Part shown: positions 46,799 to 55,001 of the stretch, in pieces
Position numbering within the stretch: the stretch's first letter is position 1
Layout of the letters: each line of letters begins with the position of its first letter
Source of the DNA: an uncultured Candidatus Binatia bacterium
GTDB taxonomy: Bacteria; Desulfobacterota; Binatia; UBA9968; JAJDTQ01
Assembly (NCBI GenBank): GCA_965242525.1
Contig: OZ251459.1
Location: 2,944,001-3,008,000, forward strand
DNA: 64,000 nucleotides
Reading direction: 5' to 3'
Program-made: the position numbers and the translations under genes
Notes under the pieces: generated by a model
Databases searched by the model: none
What the model was told of the DNA's origin: nothing
Seen by the model: the letters and a program-made list of their open reading frames with translations, nothing else

Positions 46799-48049
46799 AT
46801 GAAAATCTGCATCCACCGAGGCACGCAGGAGATCGGCGGCACGTGCATCGAGATCGAGGCGCAGGGCAAGCGCATCGTCCTGGACCTTGGCCTTCCGCTC
46901 GATGCTCCCGACCGGGAGCCGCACGAAGACCTGCTGCCGCAGGTCCCGGGCTTCACCGAGCCCGACGACAGCCTGTTGGGGCTGCTGATCTCCCACCCCC
47001 ACCTGGACCACTACGGTCTGGCGCGGCGCGTCCGTCCGGAGTTGCCGGTTTACATCGGCAAGGACGCGCACGGCATCATGAAGGCCGCCAGCGCCTATGT
47101 GCCCGATGGCCACTCGTTCGCGGACCCGCGCTTTCTACAGAACAGGATCCCCGTGGAAATCGGCCCGTTTCGCGTCACGCCCCGTCTCGTGGACCACAGC
47201 GCCTTCGACGCCTACGCCCTGCTCGTCGAAGCCGACGGCAAGCGCGTCTATTACTCCGGCGACTTCCGCGGCCACGGCCGCAAGGCGGCCCTGTTCGCGG
47301 GGATGGTGCGCCATCCGCCCGGGAACATCGACGTCCTCCTCATGGAGGGAACCACCATCGGACGCACGGGATCGGAGGAAGGGTTCGCTACCGAGGCCGA
47401 CCTCGAGAACGAGTTCCGCCATGCCTTCAGGCAAACCCGCGGGATTCATTTCGTCTGGACCTCGTCGCAGAACATCGACCGCCTGGTGACGGTGTTTCGA
47501 GCGGCCAAACGATCGGGACGAGTGCTCGTCGTCGATCTCTACACCGCGGTCGTGCTCGAAGCGACGGGTCGAGACAGCATCCCACAGTCCGATTGGCCCG
47601 AGGTCAGGGTCTATACTCCGTATCGCCAGCAGCGGCTCATCAAGGAAAGGGAGTTGTTCGCCGACCTCGGGCGACACGGCGCGAACCGCATCTACCGAGA
47701 GGACCTGCCCGGCCTGAAGGGACGCGCCGTGATGCTCTTTCGCCCGATGACGATGTATGACCAGGGCGTCAAGAACGTACTCGACGGCGCCAGGTTCACC
47801 TATTCCATGTGGCAGGGTTACCTGAAGGACGAGACCGGACAGAAAGTCAGGAAGTGGCTGGAGGACAACGACATCCCCTTGCAAACGATCCACACCTCCG
47901 GTCACGCTTCGGTGGCCGACCTGCGGCGCTTCGCGTCCGCCCTCGCCCCTCGCCGCCTGGTCCCGATCCATTCCTTCGAGACCGCCCGGTTCGGGGAGTT
48001 CTTCGCCAACGTGTCCCAACAGGAAGACGGCGTCTGGTGGGACGTCTGA
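46799..48049 (+). CDS. Metallo-beta-lactamase fold, RNase J/beta-CASP-like nuclease
   Basis: RGTQEIGG, SHPHLDH, DHS, SGDFR.HG, MEGT, HTSGHA, PIH. Confidence 0.88.
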   Translation: MKICIHRGTQEIGGTCIEIEAQGKRIVLDLGLPLDAPDREPHEDLLPQVPGFTEPDDSLLGLLISHPHLDHYGLARRVRPELPVYIGKDAHGIMKAASAYVPDGHSFADPRFLQNRIPVEIGPFRVTPRLVDHSAFDAYALLVEADGKRVYYSGDFRGHGRKAALFAGMVRHPPGNIDVLLMEGTTIGRTGSEEGFATEADLENEFRHAFRQTRGIHFVWTSSQNIDRLVTVFRAAKRSGRVLVVDLYTAVVLEATGRDSIPQSDWPEVRVYTPYRQQRLIKERELFADLGRHGANRIYREDLPGLKGRAVMLFRPMTMYDQGVKNVLDGARFTYSMWQGYLKDETGQKVRKWLEDNDIPLQTIHTSGHASVADLRRFASALAPRRLVPIHSFETARFGEFFANVSQQEDGVWWDV

Positions 48050-48060
48050 CGAAGATCGGC

Positions 48061-49491
48061 TCAACGAAGTTCAACCCTGATCTGCTCCGCCTTGTCCACT
48101 GCCCTCTTTTGCGCGAACACGGCCTTGTCCCTGTCCCTCATCCAACCGGACTTGCGGTTCTCGTCCACGAGCCCGCGCAACGTCAACTGCGCCCGCTTTC
48201 GTCCATTGCACGGACGACACAGCAAGATCCGATTGGTTATGTCGTTGGGACCTCCGGCCGCCCTCGGCCTGATATGATCCAACTCCATGAACTCCGCCTC
48301 CAACTCCCTCCCGCAACCCGCACAACCGACCAGCCCCTCCCTCACCCGCTGCGCCTCCAGCAAGTGCTCCATGATTTCATGCCGGGACAACCGCTCCCAG
48401 CGGTAGAGCAACTTTCGTTTCCTGGTAACGGTCGCCAGGAACGGAACCGCCTCGTTGCCGTCGTCCGTCCGTTCGGGGATCTCCCTGGAGTAGGTGACCT
48501 GGCCTTCCACGATCAGATTCCCGCCCGTATCGCCATCCAGTCCGGACAATCCCTCGCCCTTCAACCTCTTGATCATCGTCTCATGCGCCTCGTTCCATAT
48601 GTCGATTCCCACCCACTGGCGCCCCAACCGCTCGGCCGCCACCAGCGTCGTCGCACATCCACAAAACGGATCGAGAACGACACACCTCTCGTTGCTGGAC
48701 GCCTTGATGATCCGCTCGTACAGGGCGACCGGCTTCTGGGTGGGATAGCCGACCCTTTGCGGATCTTTTTGTTGCATATGGGTGATATCGGTCCAAACAT
48801 CGAAAGGCGTCATTTTCTCATCGTCGTAATACTTGTAAACCTTTCCCGCTGATTTGATGCTCCAATAACCTCTCCCGTCAGGATCTTCTCCCCGTTTCAT
48901 GTTGTTCCGCCTTTGACTGCCGCGCAGAACCCCAACGGCATCCGGGTTGAAAAACCAAGTCTTGCTTTTCGTGTAAAACAGGATGTTGTCATGCTTCTTC
49001 GAGAACAGCCGTTTTTGACGCCCGCCGCTCTGGTAGTGCCAGACAACCTCGTTCCGAAAATTCTTCCATCCGAAGATCGCGTCCATGACCGCCTTCAAAT
49101 AGTGGGAGGCCGTCGGATCGCAATGCAGGTAGATGCTCCCGTCTTCTCTCAAAACCCGCCGCATCTCCAGCAACCGGACCGCCATGAAGCACATGTAAGC
49201 GCCCATTCCGTCGGAATGGGCATACCGGGCGCTCTCTATCGCCTCCATCAACTTCGGGAAGTCGTCCTTGAGCTGGTCAACCCAATCCTGATGAACGTCC
49301 CGCTCCCAGGACCACCGATCCTGGAACGACGCTCCCGAAGCCAGGCTGTCCGGCGTCGCATGGAAGTCCCGGTTCTTGTTGAACGGGGGGTCTGTCGCAA
49401 TCAAATGAACCGACTCGCTGTTCATCCCCCGCAAAAACCCCAAGTTGTCCCCGTGAAACAACGTCCGGTTTCGCCAGTTCGGTTCACCCAC
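48061..49491 (-). CDS. Beta-class N4/N6 DNA methyltransferase fused to a C-terminal HNH endonuclease
   Basis: DPPF, YPTQKP, LDPFCGCAT; CAGC...DHIRP...GG....N...LC..CN..K; GTG start with GGAGG RBS. Confidence 0.88.
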   Translation of the reverse strand: MGEPNWRNRTLFHGDNLGFLRGMNSESVHLIATDPPFNKNRDFHATPDSLASGASFQDRWSWERDVHQDWVDQLKDDFPKLMEAIESARYAHSDGMGAYMCFMAVRLLEMRRVLREDGSIYLHCDPTASHYLKAVMDAIFGWKNFRNEVVWHYQSGGRQKRLFSKKHDNILFYTKSKTWFFNPDAVGVLRGSQRRNNMKRGEDPDGRGYWSIKSAGKVYKYYDDEKMTPFDVWTDITHMQQKDPQRVGYPTQKPVALYERIIKASSNERCVVLDPFCGCATTLVAAERLGRQWVGIDIWNEAHETMIKRLKGEGLSGLDGDTGGNLIVEGQVTYSREIPERTDDGNEAVPFLATVTRKRKLLYRWERLSRHEIMEHLLEAQRVREGLVGCAGCGRELEAEFMELDHIRPRAAGGPNDITNRILLCRPCNGRKRAQLTLRGLVDENRKSGWMRDRDKAVFAQKRAVDKAEQIRVELR

Positions 49492-49544
49492 GTCGTTCCC
49501 TCCGTATTGTTCCCTGTCCGGTGACGCAACCGCTGCCCGTTCCT

Positions 49545-49715
49545 GTCCCGTTGACGCGCTCCGTCCCGTCCGCGTACCCCTCGACCGGGACTCGACCTGC
49601 CAGTGGTTCCGCAACCACGATAAACCACGCGGGGGTCCGTGTAAACCGTCGCCCCCGGCGCCGTCCGCCTCCGAACGAAACCCTGGAGGCCTCCCCGTCC
49701 GTCCTGTCCCCCAAG
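49545..49715 (-). mobile_element. Decayed IS1595-family transposase fragment
   Basis: LQGFV...APGATVYTD..YRG and shifted-frame GYADG...VNG resemble the IS1595 DDE core. Confidence 0.55.
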
Positions 49716-49801
49716 CCGAATTCTTGGAGCTAAAGAACGGCGCCCTGCGGCCGACCATTCCTTCAAGGGACCCTGAACGAAGGTCCCGTTGGTCAGCCGC
49801 A

Positions 49802-50560
49802 ATGAGCGCACTGGAACAAGCGTGGGGGCTTCCGCTCTTCGTTCTCGGAACCTGCTTCGGGAGCTTCCTGAACGTCTGCATCACGCGCCTGCCCGCGGGG
49901 GAGTCCGTGGTCTTCCCCGCGTCCCGGTGCCGCGACTGCAATGCGCGGGTTCCCGGCTGGGCCAACGTCCCGTTGATGGGCTACGTCCTGTTGCGCGCCC
50001 GGTGCGCGCATTGCCGCGCGCCCATCTCCCTCCGCTACTTCCTGGTCGAACTGGCCGCCGGGGTCCTGGCGCTGGCGCTGCGCCGCCGGTTCGGCCTGGG
50101 CAGGCCGTTCTGGGCCTACTTCCCGTTCACCGGCGCGCTGCTGGCGGCTGCGGTCATCGACTTCGAGACCGGGATCATCCCCGACGCCATCAGCGTGTGG
50201 GGCACGGCCGCGGGGTTGCTGCTGTCGTGGTGCGCGCCTGCGCTCTCGATCCACGGCTTTCCCTCTCCGCTCGGCTCCCTCCTGGGCGCGCTGCTCGGCG
50301 GAGGCGCGTTGTGGGCCGCGGCCCGCGGCTACCGCGCCGCCACCGGCAGGGACGGCATGGGCGGCGGGGACGTGAAGTTGCTGGCGATGATCGGAGCCTT
50401 CGTGGGCTGGAACGGCGTCCCCGGCGTCCTCCTGGTCAGCGCCCTCACCGGCTCCCTGTGGGGCGCGGGGCTCATGGTCCTCCGGAAGGACGCGTCCCTG
50501 ACCACGCCGTTGCCGTTCGCCCCGTTCCTGTGCGCGGGAGCGCTGTGCCGGGTGCTCTGA
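49802..50560 (+). CDS. pilD: Prepilin peptidase/N-methyltransferase
   Basis: GSFLNVCITRLP, CxxC pairs, ID....IPD, GMGGGDVKL, PFAPFL. Confidence 0.92.
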   Translation: MSALEQAWGLPLFVLGTCFGSFLNVCITRLPAGESVVFPASRCRDCNARVPGWANVPLMGYVLLRARCAHCRAPISLRYFLVELAAGVLALALRRRFGLGRPFWAYFPFTGALLAAAVIDFETGIIPDAISVWGTAAGLLLSWCAPALSIHGFPSPLGSLLGALLGGGALWAAARGYRAATGRDGMGGGDVKLLAMIGAFVGWNGVPGVLLVSALTGSLWGAGLMVLRKDASLTTPLPFAPFLCAGALCRVL

Positions 50561-50570
50561 AGGACCGGCC

Positions 50571-51035
50571 ATGCCCATGGCAGGGAAGCTCAAGGAGACC
50601 GCGGGATTCTCGCTGACCGGCCAGCTCATCACCCTGGCCCTGGCCGCCATCCTGGTGGGCATCGCGGCCCCGTCCTACCTGGACCTCCTGCCCAGGCACC
50701 GGCTCAACGGCGCGGCGCGCCAACTGGCGGGGGACCTCATGTGGGCGCGCATGAAGGCGGTCCAGAGGAACAACCGGTTCCGGGTCTTCTTCCTGAACGA
50801 CCACGAGTACAAGATCCTCGACGACACGGACAACGACAACGACATCGACACCGGGGAGTGGACCGTCACCAGGGACCTGTCGGCCGAGTATCGAGACGTG
50901 GTGATGAGCGCCAACAACAACCCGATCTTCAGTCCCCGGGGGACCGCCAGCAGTCTCGCCACCATCACCCTCGCCAATGCCGCAGGCTCCAAGCGCATCA
51001 CCATCAGCATCGCCGGCCGCGTCCGGGTCCGGTGA
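50571..51035 (+). CDS. FimT/GspH-like minor pilin
   Basis: G|FSL plus hydrophobic helix, AR..A, FSPRG, ISIAGRV. Confidence 0.8.
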   Translation: MPMAGKLKETAGFSLTGQLITLALAAILVGIAAPSYLDLLPRHRLNGAARQLAGDLMWARMKAVQRNNRFRVFFLNDHEYKILDDTDNDNDIDTGEWTVTRDLSAEYRDVVMSANNNPIFSPRGTASSLATITLANAAGSKRITISIAGRVRVR

Positions 51036-51045
51036 CGGCACCGCC

Positions 51046-51558
51046 ATGGGACCATCGACTCCACGCCGCAAGGACTGCCCGGACGGTCTCTCACGGACTC
51101 GGGCGCCGCGGAAATCCAGGGCGCCGCGGAAGTCCACCTCGCGCCGCAAGGGCTTGCCCTCGCAAGGAGCCGCGGTCGAAGGGACCGCCCGGCCCGCCCC
51201 ATGCAACAAGGGCTTCTCCATGATCGAGCTGCTGGTGGCCATGCTGGTGCTGTCCACCGGCCTGCTGGGCATGGGCCGTCTCACGGTCGGGGTGATCCGG
51301 GGGAACATCGACAGCCGGAACCACAGCGTCGCCACGCTCCTGACCCAGGACCGCATGGAGGGCCTCAAGGGTCCCGGCGGGGGGAACGCGAACCCCACCA
51401 CGGAAGCGTACGGGACCATACCCGGGTTCCTCCAATACAAACGGGTCACCGAGGTCCAGCGCGACGCGCCCGAAACCGGCCTGAGCACGGTCACCGTCAC
51501 CGTCTATTGGGACGAGGACGCGAGGTCCGCGGTCCTCAAGACCATCGTGAGCCAATGA
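51046..51558 (+). CDS. PilV-like minor pilin (start uncertain)
   Basis: KG|FSMIELLVAMLVL; VTVTVYW. Confidence 0.78.
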   Translation: MGPSTPRRKDCPDGLSRTRAPRKSRAPRKSTSRRKGLPSQGAAVEGTARPAPCNKGFSMIELLVAMLVLSTGLLGMGRLTVGVIRGNIDSRNHSVATLLTQDRMEGLKGPGGGNANPTTEAYGTIPGFLQYKRVTEVQRDAPETGLSTVTVTVYWDEDARSAVLKTIVSQ

Positions 51559-51706
51559 CCGCCCGTCCGAGCATGCCCCGCAGGAGCTCCACGGAAGAGC
51601 CGCGTACCCTCGCGTGGCCCGCGGCGCCGCCGCTCCGTGGTGGCCGGGGCTTCACCCGAACGGCTGGCGGCGTCGGACCGGGGTATCCGCGGCTCCCCCG
51701 CGGCTT

Positions 51707-51912
51707 CACGTCATTCCCGCGAAAGCGGGAATCCATCCATTCGCGGCCCCTCGCGGCCGCCGGGGTTTCACGTGGATTCCCGCTTTCGCGGGAATGACGG
51801 ATGGAGGTGGGGAATGACGGATGGAGACGGCCTTCAGCCAAGGACGGGTCTGCTACGTTTCACATGGATTCCCGCTTTCGCGGGAATGACGGATGGAGGC
51901 GCGGGAATGACG
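51707..51912. repeat. Repeat family B cluster within the pilW leader region
   Basis: One forward and two reverse GTCATTCCCGCGAAAGCGGGAATCCA copies plus GGGAATGACGG half-units. Confidence 0.85.
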
Positions 51913-52500
51913 GGGCGGCGGCTCCCTCGCGGCCGCCGGGGCTTCACCCTGATCGAGCTTCTGGTGGTCCTGGCCATCCAGGGCGTGGTGCTGGCCGCGG
52001 TGGTCACCAGCTTTACCGGCCAGCTCACCGCCTACGACTTGCAGGAGCAACTCAACGAGATGCAGCAGACCGCGCGCGCGGCCATGACCATGGTGATCCG
52101 GGAGGCCCGGCTTGCAGGGTACGACCCCACCGGGACGGGTATCGTGGGCGCGCCATACGACGCCGACCCCACCCGCTTGCGCATCACCGCGGACCGCAAC
52201 GGCGACGGAGACGTCCTCGACGCCAACGAACGAGTGACCTACTTCCACGACCCCGGCCGACGGGTCCTGCGGCGCAGGACCGGGGTCGCGGGACAGCCCG
52301 TCGCCGAGAACGTCCAGGCGTTCACCGTGGAGTACCTGGACGCCGCGGGCAACCCGACGACGGTCAGCGGCGCCATACGAAGGCTCAGGATCACCGTAAC
52401 CACGAGGACCGCCAAGCAGGACCCGCGCTACCCGCACAACGGCGGACGCCGCACGCATACGCTGCGGTCGCTGGTGACGCCCGCGAACCTGGGGAATTGA
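51907..52500 (+). CDS. PilW-like minor pilin
   Basis: RG|FTLIELLVVLAI, MQQTAR.AM...RE.R.AGY, D.NGDG, QPVAENV. Confidence 0.82.
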   Translation: MTGRRLPRGRRGFTLIELLVVLAIQGVVLAAVVTSFTGQLTAYDLQEQLNEMQQTARAAMTMVIREARLAGYDPTGTGIVGAPYDADPTRLRITADRNGDGDVLDANERVTYFHDPGRRVLRRRTGVAGQPVAENVQAFTVEYLDAAGNPTTVSGAIRRLRITVTTRTAKQDPRYPHNGGRRTHTLRSLVTPANLGN

Positions 52501-52542
52501 GGATGGAGTTCCCGGGGGACGGCTGATGGGGAAGCCGTGAAA

Positions 52543-52645
52543 GCGCGTCCTTCGACTTCGCTTCGCTACGCTCAGGACGAACGGAGGGATGACTTGGCCG
52601 ATCACCACATCCACCGCAGGCTCGGACTACGCTCAGGACGAACGG
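52543..52645 (-). repeat. Repeat family A (full plus partial copy)
   Basis: GCGCGTCCTTCGACTTCGCTTCGCTACGCTCAGGACGAACGG; CTACGCTCAGGACGAACGG. Confidence 0.85.
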
Positions 52646-52653
52646 GGGGATGA

Positions 52654-52878
52654 CTATGCCGCAAGGAATTCTTCTACCGTGACGCCCGCTTGTTGAAGAA
52701 TCGCCGCGACCGTTCCTTCCGGCAAATCCCCCGGATGATTGGGAAGGGTCGTTCGGCGGCGGGTAGCGGGATTCCACCAGATTTCGTGGCTGCCACGAGC
52801 CTGCCGATCAAATGCAAATCCCAACCGTCTGAGTCTGCGAGACACCTGTCGATAGGTGAAACCGGCCAACCGGCCCAT
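52654..52878 (-). CDS. hicA: HicA-family toxin
   Basis: LGF...RQARGSHEIW...PNHPGDLPEGTVAAILQQAG. Confidence 0.9.
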   Translation of the reverse strand: MGRLAGFTYRQVSRRLRRLGFAFDRQARGSHEIWWNPATRRRTTLPNHPGDLPEGTVAAILQQAGVTVEEFLAA

Positions 52879-53123
52879 CAGGCGCCCACTGGAACGGTAA
52901 ACTCGAACGCAGCATCATCCATGGGACGCAGACCCTCGGGCAGCGGGTCGCCATGTTCTCGGTAGGATTCGATGAGCTTCTTCGCAACGTCTTGAGAAGT
53001 TTCCATCGTTTCGGCCAGCGTTCTCCCCTGGACCACGAGACCGGGCAGGTCTTCCGAGGTTGCAAGGTACTCGCCCGTGTCCAACCGCCTGATCTGGAGA
53101 CGCAACCGGTATTCTTTCGTCAT
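52878..53123 (-). CDS. hicB: HicB-family antitoxin
   Basis: YLATSEDLPGLVVQGRTLAE...GDPLP. Confidence 0.88.
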   Translation of the reverse strand: MTKEYRLRLQIRRLDTGEYLATSEDLPGLVVQGRTLAETMETSQDVAKKLIESYREHGDPLPEGLRPMDDAAFEFTVPVGA

Positions 53124-53359
53124 CGCATGTTCCTCTCGACGGGCGGTTGACCCGGGCTTCCGTATGGTGGAAACAGGGCTATCATGGACGGCTCGCGCCT
53201 TGCAACGGCCGCGGCGAGCAGACACCTGCTGCTATGTCTCGGTCGGGATAAGTGTTATCCTTGGACCGTGGGGGATCGGGGGGAATCCCGGTCACCGAGA
53301 GCCGCAAGGGTAGATACGCCACCTTGGGCCGTGGAGGCGCGACGGGAAGGCCGGAGCGG

Positions 53360-53989
53360 ATGCGGCGTTTCGTGACCATCGAGGGGGGCGACGGCGCGGG
53401 GAAGACCACGCAGGTCCGGCTGCTGGACGACTACCTGGGCGCTCGGGGCGTTTCCCGGCTGGTGACGCGGGAACCCGGAGATACCGGGGTGGGACGGACG
53501 GTGCGGCGCATCCTCATGGAGCGCGGCGGAGCCTCCCTGGCGGCCGGCGCCGAGTTGTTCCTGATCCTGGCGGACCGGGCGCAGCACGTCCAGGAGGTCA
53601 TCCGGCCCGCGCTCGACGCCGGCCGGTTCGTGCTGTGCGACCGTTTCACGGACTCGACCCTGGCCTACCAGGGTTACGGCCGGGGCATGGACCTGGACCT
53701 GTTGCGGGAGGCCAACCGCCTGGCCACCGGGGGCGTTGCGCCGGAGTTGACCATCATCCTGGACTGCCCGGTGGAGGCGGCGCGGGCGCGGCTGGGCCGG
53801 AGGTCGGGCCGCTCCGCTCCCGCGGACCGTTTCGAGGCCGAAGGCGCCGAGTTCCACCGGCGGGTGCGGGAAGGGTTCCTGGCGCTGGCCGAAGCCGACC
53901 CCTCCCGTTGCCGGGTGATCGACGCCGAGGCGCCGGTGGAGACCGTCCGCGCCCAGGTGGAGCGGGTCGTCGAAGAGCATCTCACGTGA
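53360..53989 (+). CDS. tmk: Thymidylate kinase
   Basis: EGGDGAGKTTQ, TREPG, DRFTDSTLAYQG. Confidence 0.95.
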   Translation: MRRFVTIEGGDGAGKTTQVRLLDDYLGARGVSRLVTREPGDTGVGRTVRRILMERGGASLAAGAELFLILADRAQHVQEVIRPALDAGRFVLCDRFTDSTLAYQGYGRGMDLDLLREANRLATGGVAPELTIILDCPVEAARARLGRRSGRSAPADRFEAEGAEFHRRVREGFLALAEADPSRCRVIDAEAPVETVRAQVERVVEEHLT

Positions 53990-54972
53990 CGTTGCGATTC
54001 CGGGACATCGTCGGCCATGAAAGCCAAGTCGAGGTGCTGCGGCGCGCCCTGGAGCGGGACCGGCTCCATCACGCCTACCTGTTCGCGGGGCCGGAAGGCG
54101 CCGGCAAGAGGACCACGGCCACGGCCTTGACCGCGGCCGTCCAATGCGCCGACGGCCAGGGGGATTCCTGCGGCGAGTGCCCGAGCTGCCTGAGCATCAG
54201 CCGCGGCAACCACCCGGACGTGCACTGGCTGGAGCAGCGCAAGGGCAAGCGGGACATCACCATCGAGCAGGTGCGGGAGTTGCAGAGGCAGCTCGTGCTG
54301 CGCCGCATGACCGGCGCCCGCAAGGTCGCGGTCATCGACCCCGCGACTTCCATGAACATCCATGCCCAGAACGCGCTGCTCAAGACCCTGGAGGAACCCC
54401 CCGAAAGCTCCCTGTTGATCCTCATCGCCAGCAGCACGGGCGGCCTACTGCCCACGGTGCTGTCCCGTTGCCTCCGGCTCCGGTTCTCGCCGCTGGCCAT
54501 CGAGCAGGCGGCCGCGGTGGTGGCCCGGCGGCTGGAGATTTCCGAGGACGACGCGCTGGTGCGGGCCGCCCTCGGCCGCGGCAGCCTGGGCAAGGCCCTG
54601 GCCGAAGACGACCCGGACCGGCTGGCGCGGAGACGCGCCTGTTTCGAGCGGCTGGCGGCGCTTTCGTCCGACGACGTCCGGGGCATCGGCGCGCTGGCGG
54701 AAGAGATGGGCGGCGAGCAGGAAAAGTGCCTGGAGTTCCTGGACTGGGTCAAGGGATGGTGGCGGGACGTCATGGTGCTCCAGGTCACGGACTCCACCGC
54801 CACCCTCTACAACCGGGACCTGCTGGAACGGCTCCGGCCCCTGGCCGCGAAACGGCGGGCGCGGGACTCCGCGGCCGTGCTGGCGGACCTGGACGACGCC
54901 GCCCGGGCCGTCCGCAGGAACCTCAACCGGCGCATGGTCCTGGAAGGGTTCCTCGGCAGGCTCCTGGGTTGA
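53986..54972 (+). CDS. holB: DNA polymerase III delta' subunit
   Basis: HAYLFAGPEG.GK, CGECPSC, HPD, NALLKTLEEPP, SRC. Confidence 0.93.
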   Translation: MTLRFRDIVGHESQVEVLRRALERDRLHHAYLFAGPEGAGKRTTATALTAAVQCADGQGDSCGECPSCLSISRGNHPDVHWLEQRKGKRDITIEQVRELQRQLVLRRMTGARKVAVIDPATSMNIHAQNALLKTLEEPPESSLLILIASSTGGLLPTVLSRCLRLRFSPLAIEQAAAVVARRLEISEDDALVRAALGRGSLGKALAEDDPDRLARRRACFERLAALSSDDVRGIGALAEEMGGEQEKCLEFLDWVKGWWRDVMVLQVTDSTATLYNRDLLERLRPLAAKRRARDSAAVLADLDDAARAVRRNLNRRMVLEGFLGRLLG

Positions 54973-55001
54973 AGCCGAGCGGAAGGAGCGGGCGGAACGC
55001 C

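Noticed and set aside
43728-49730. Integron or prophage explanation for the island
   Set aside because: No integrase, attC-like sites or phage genes recognised
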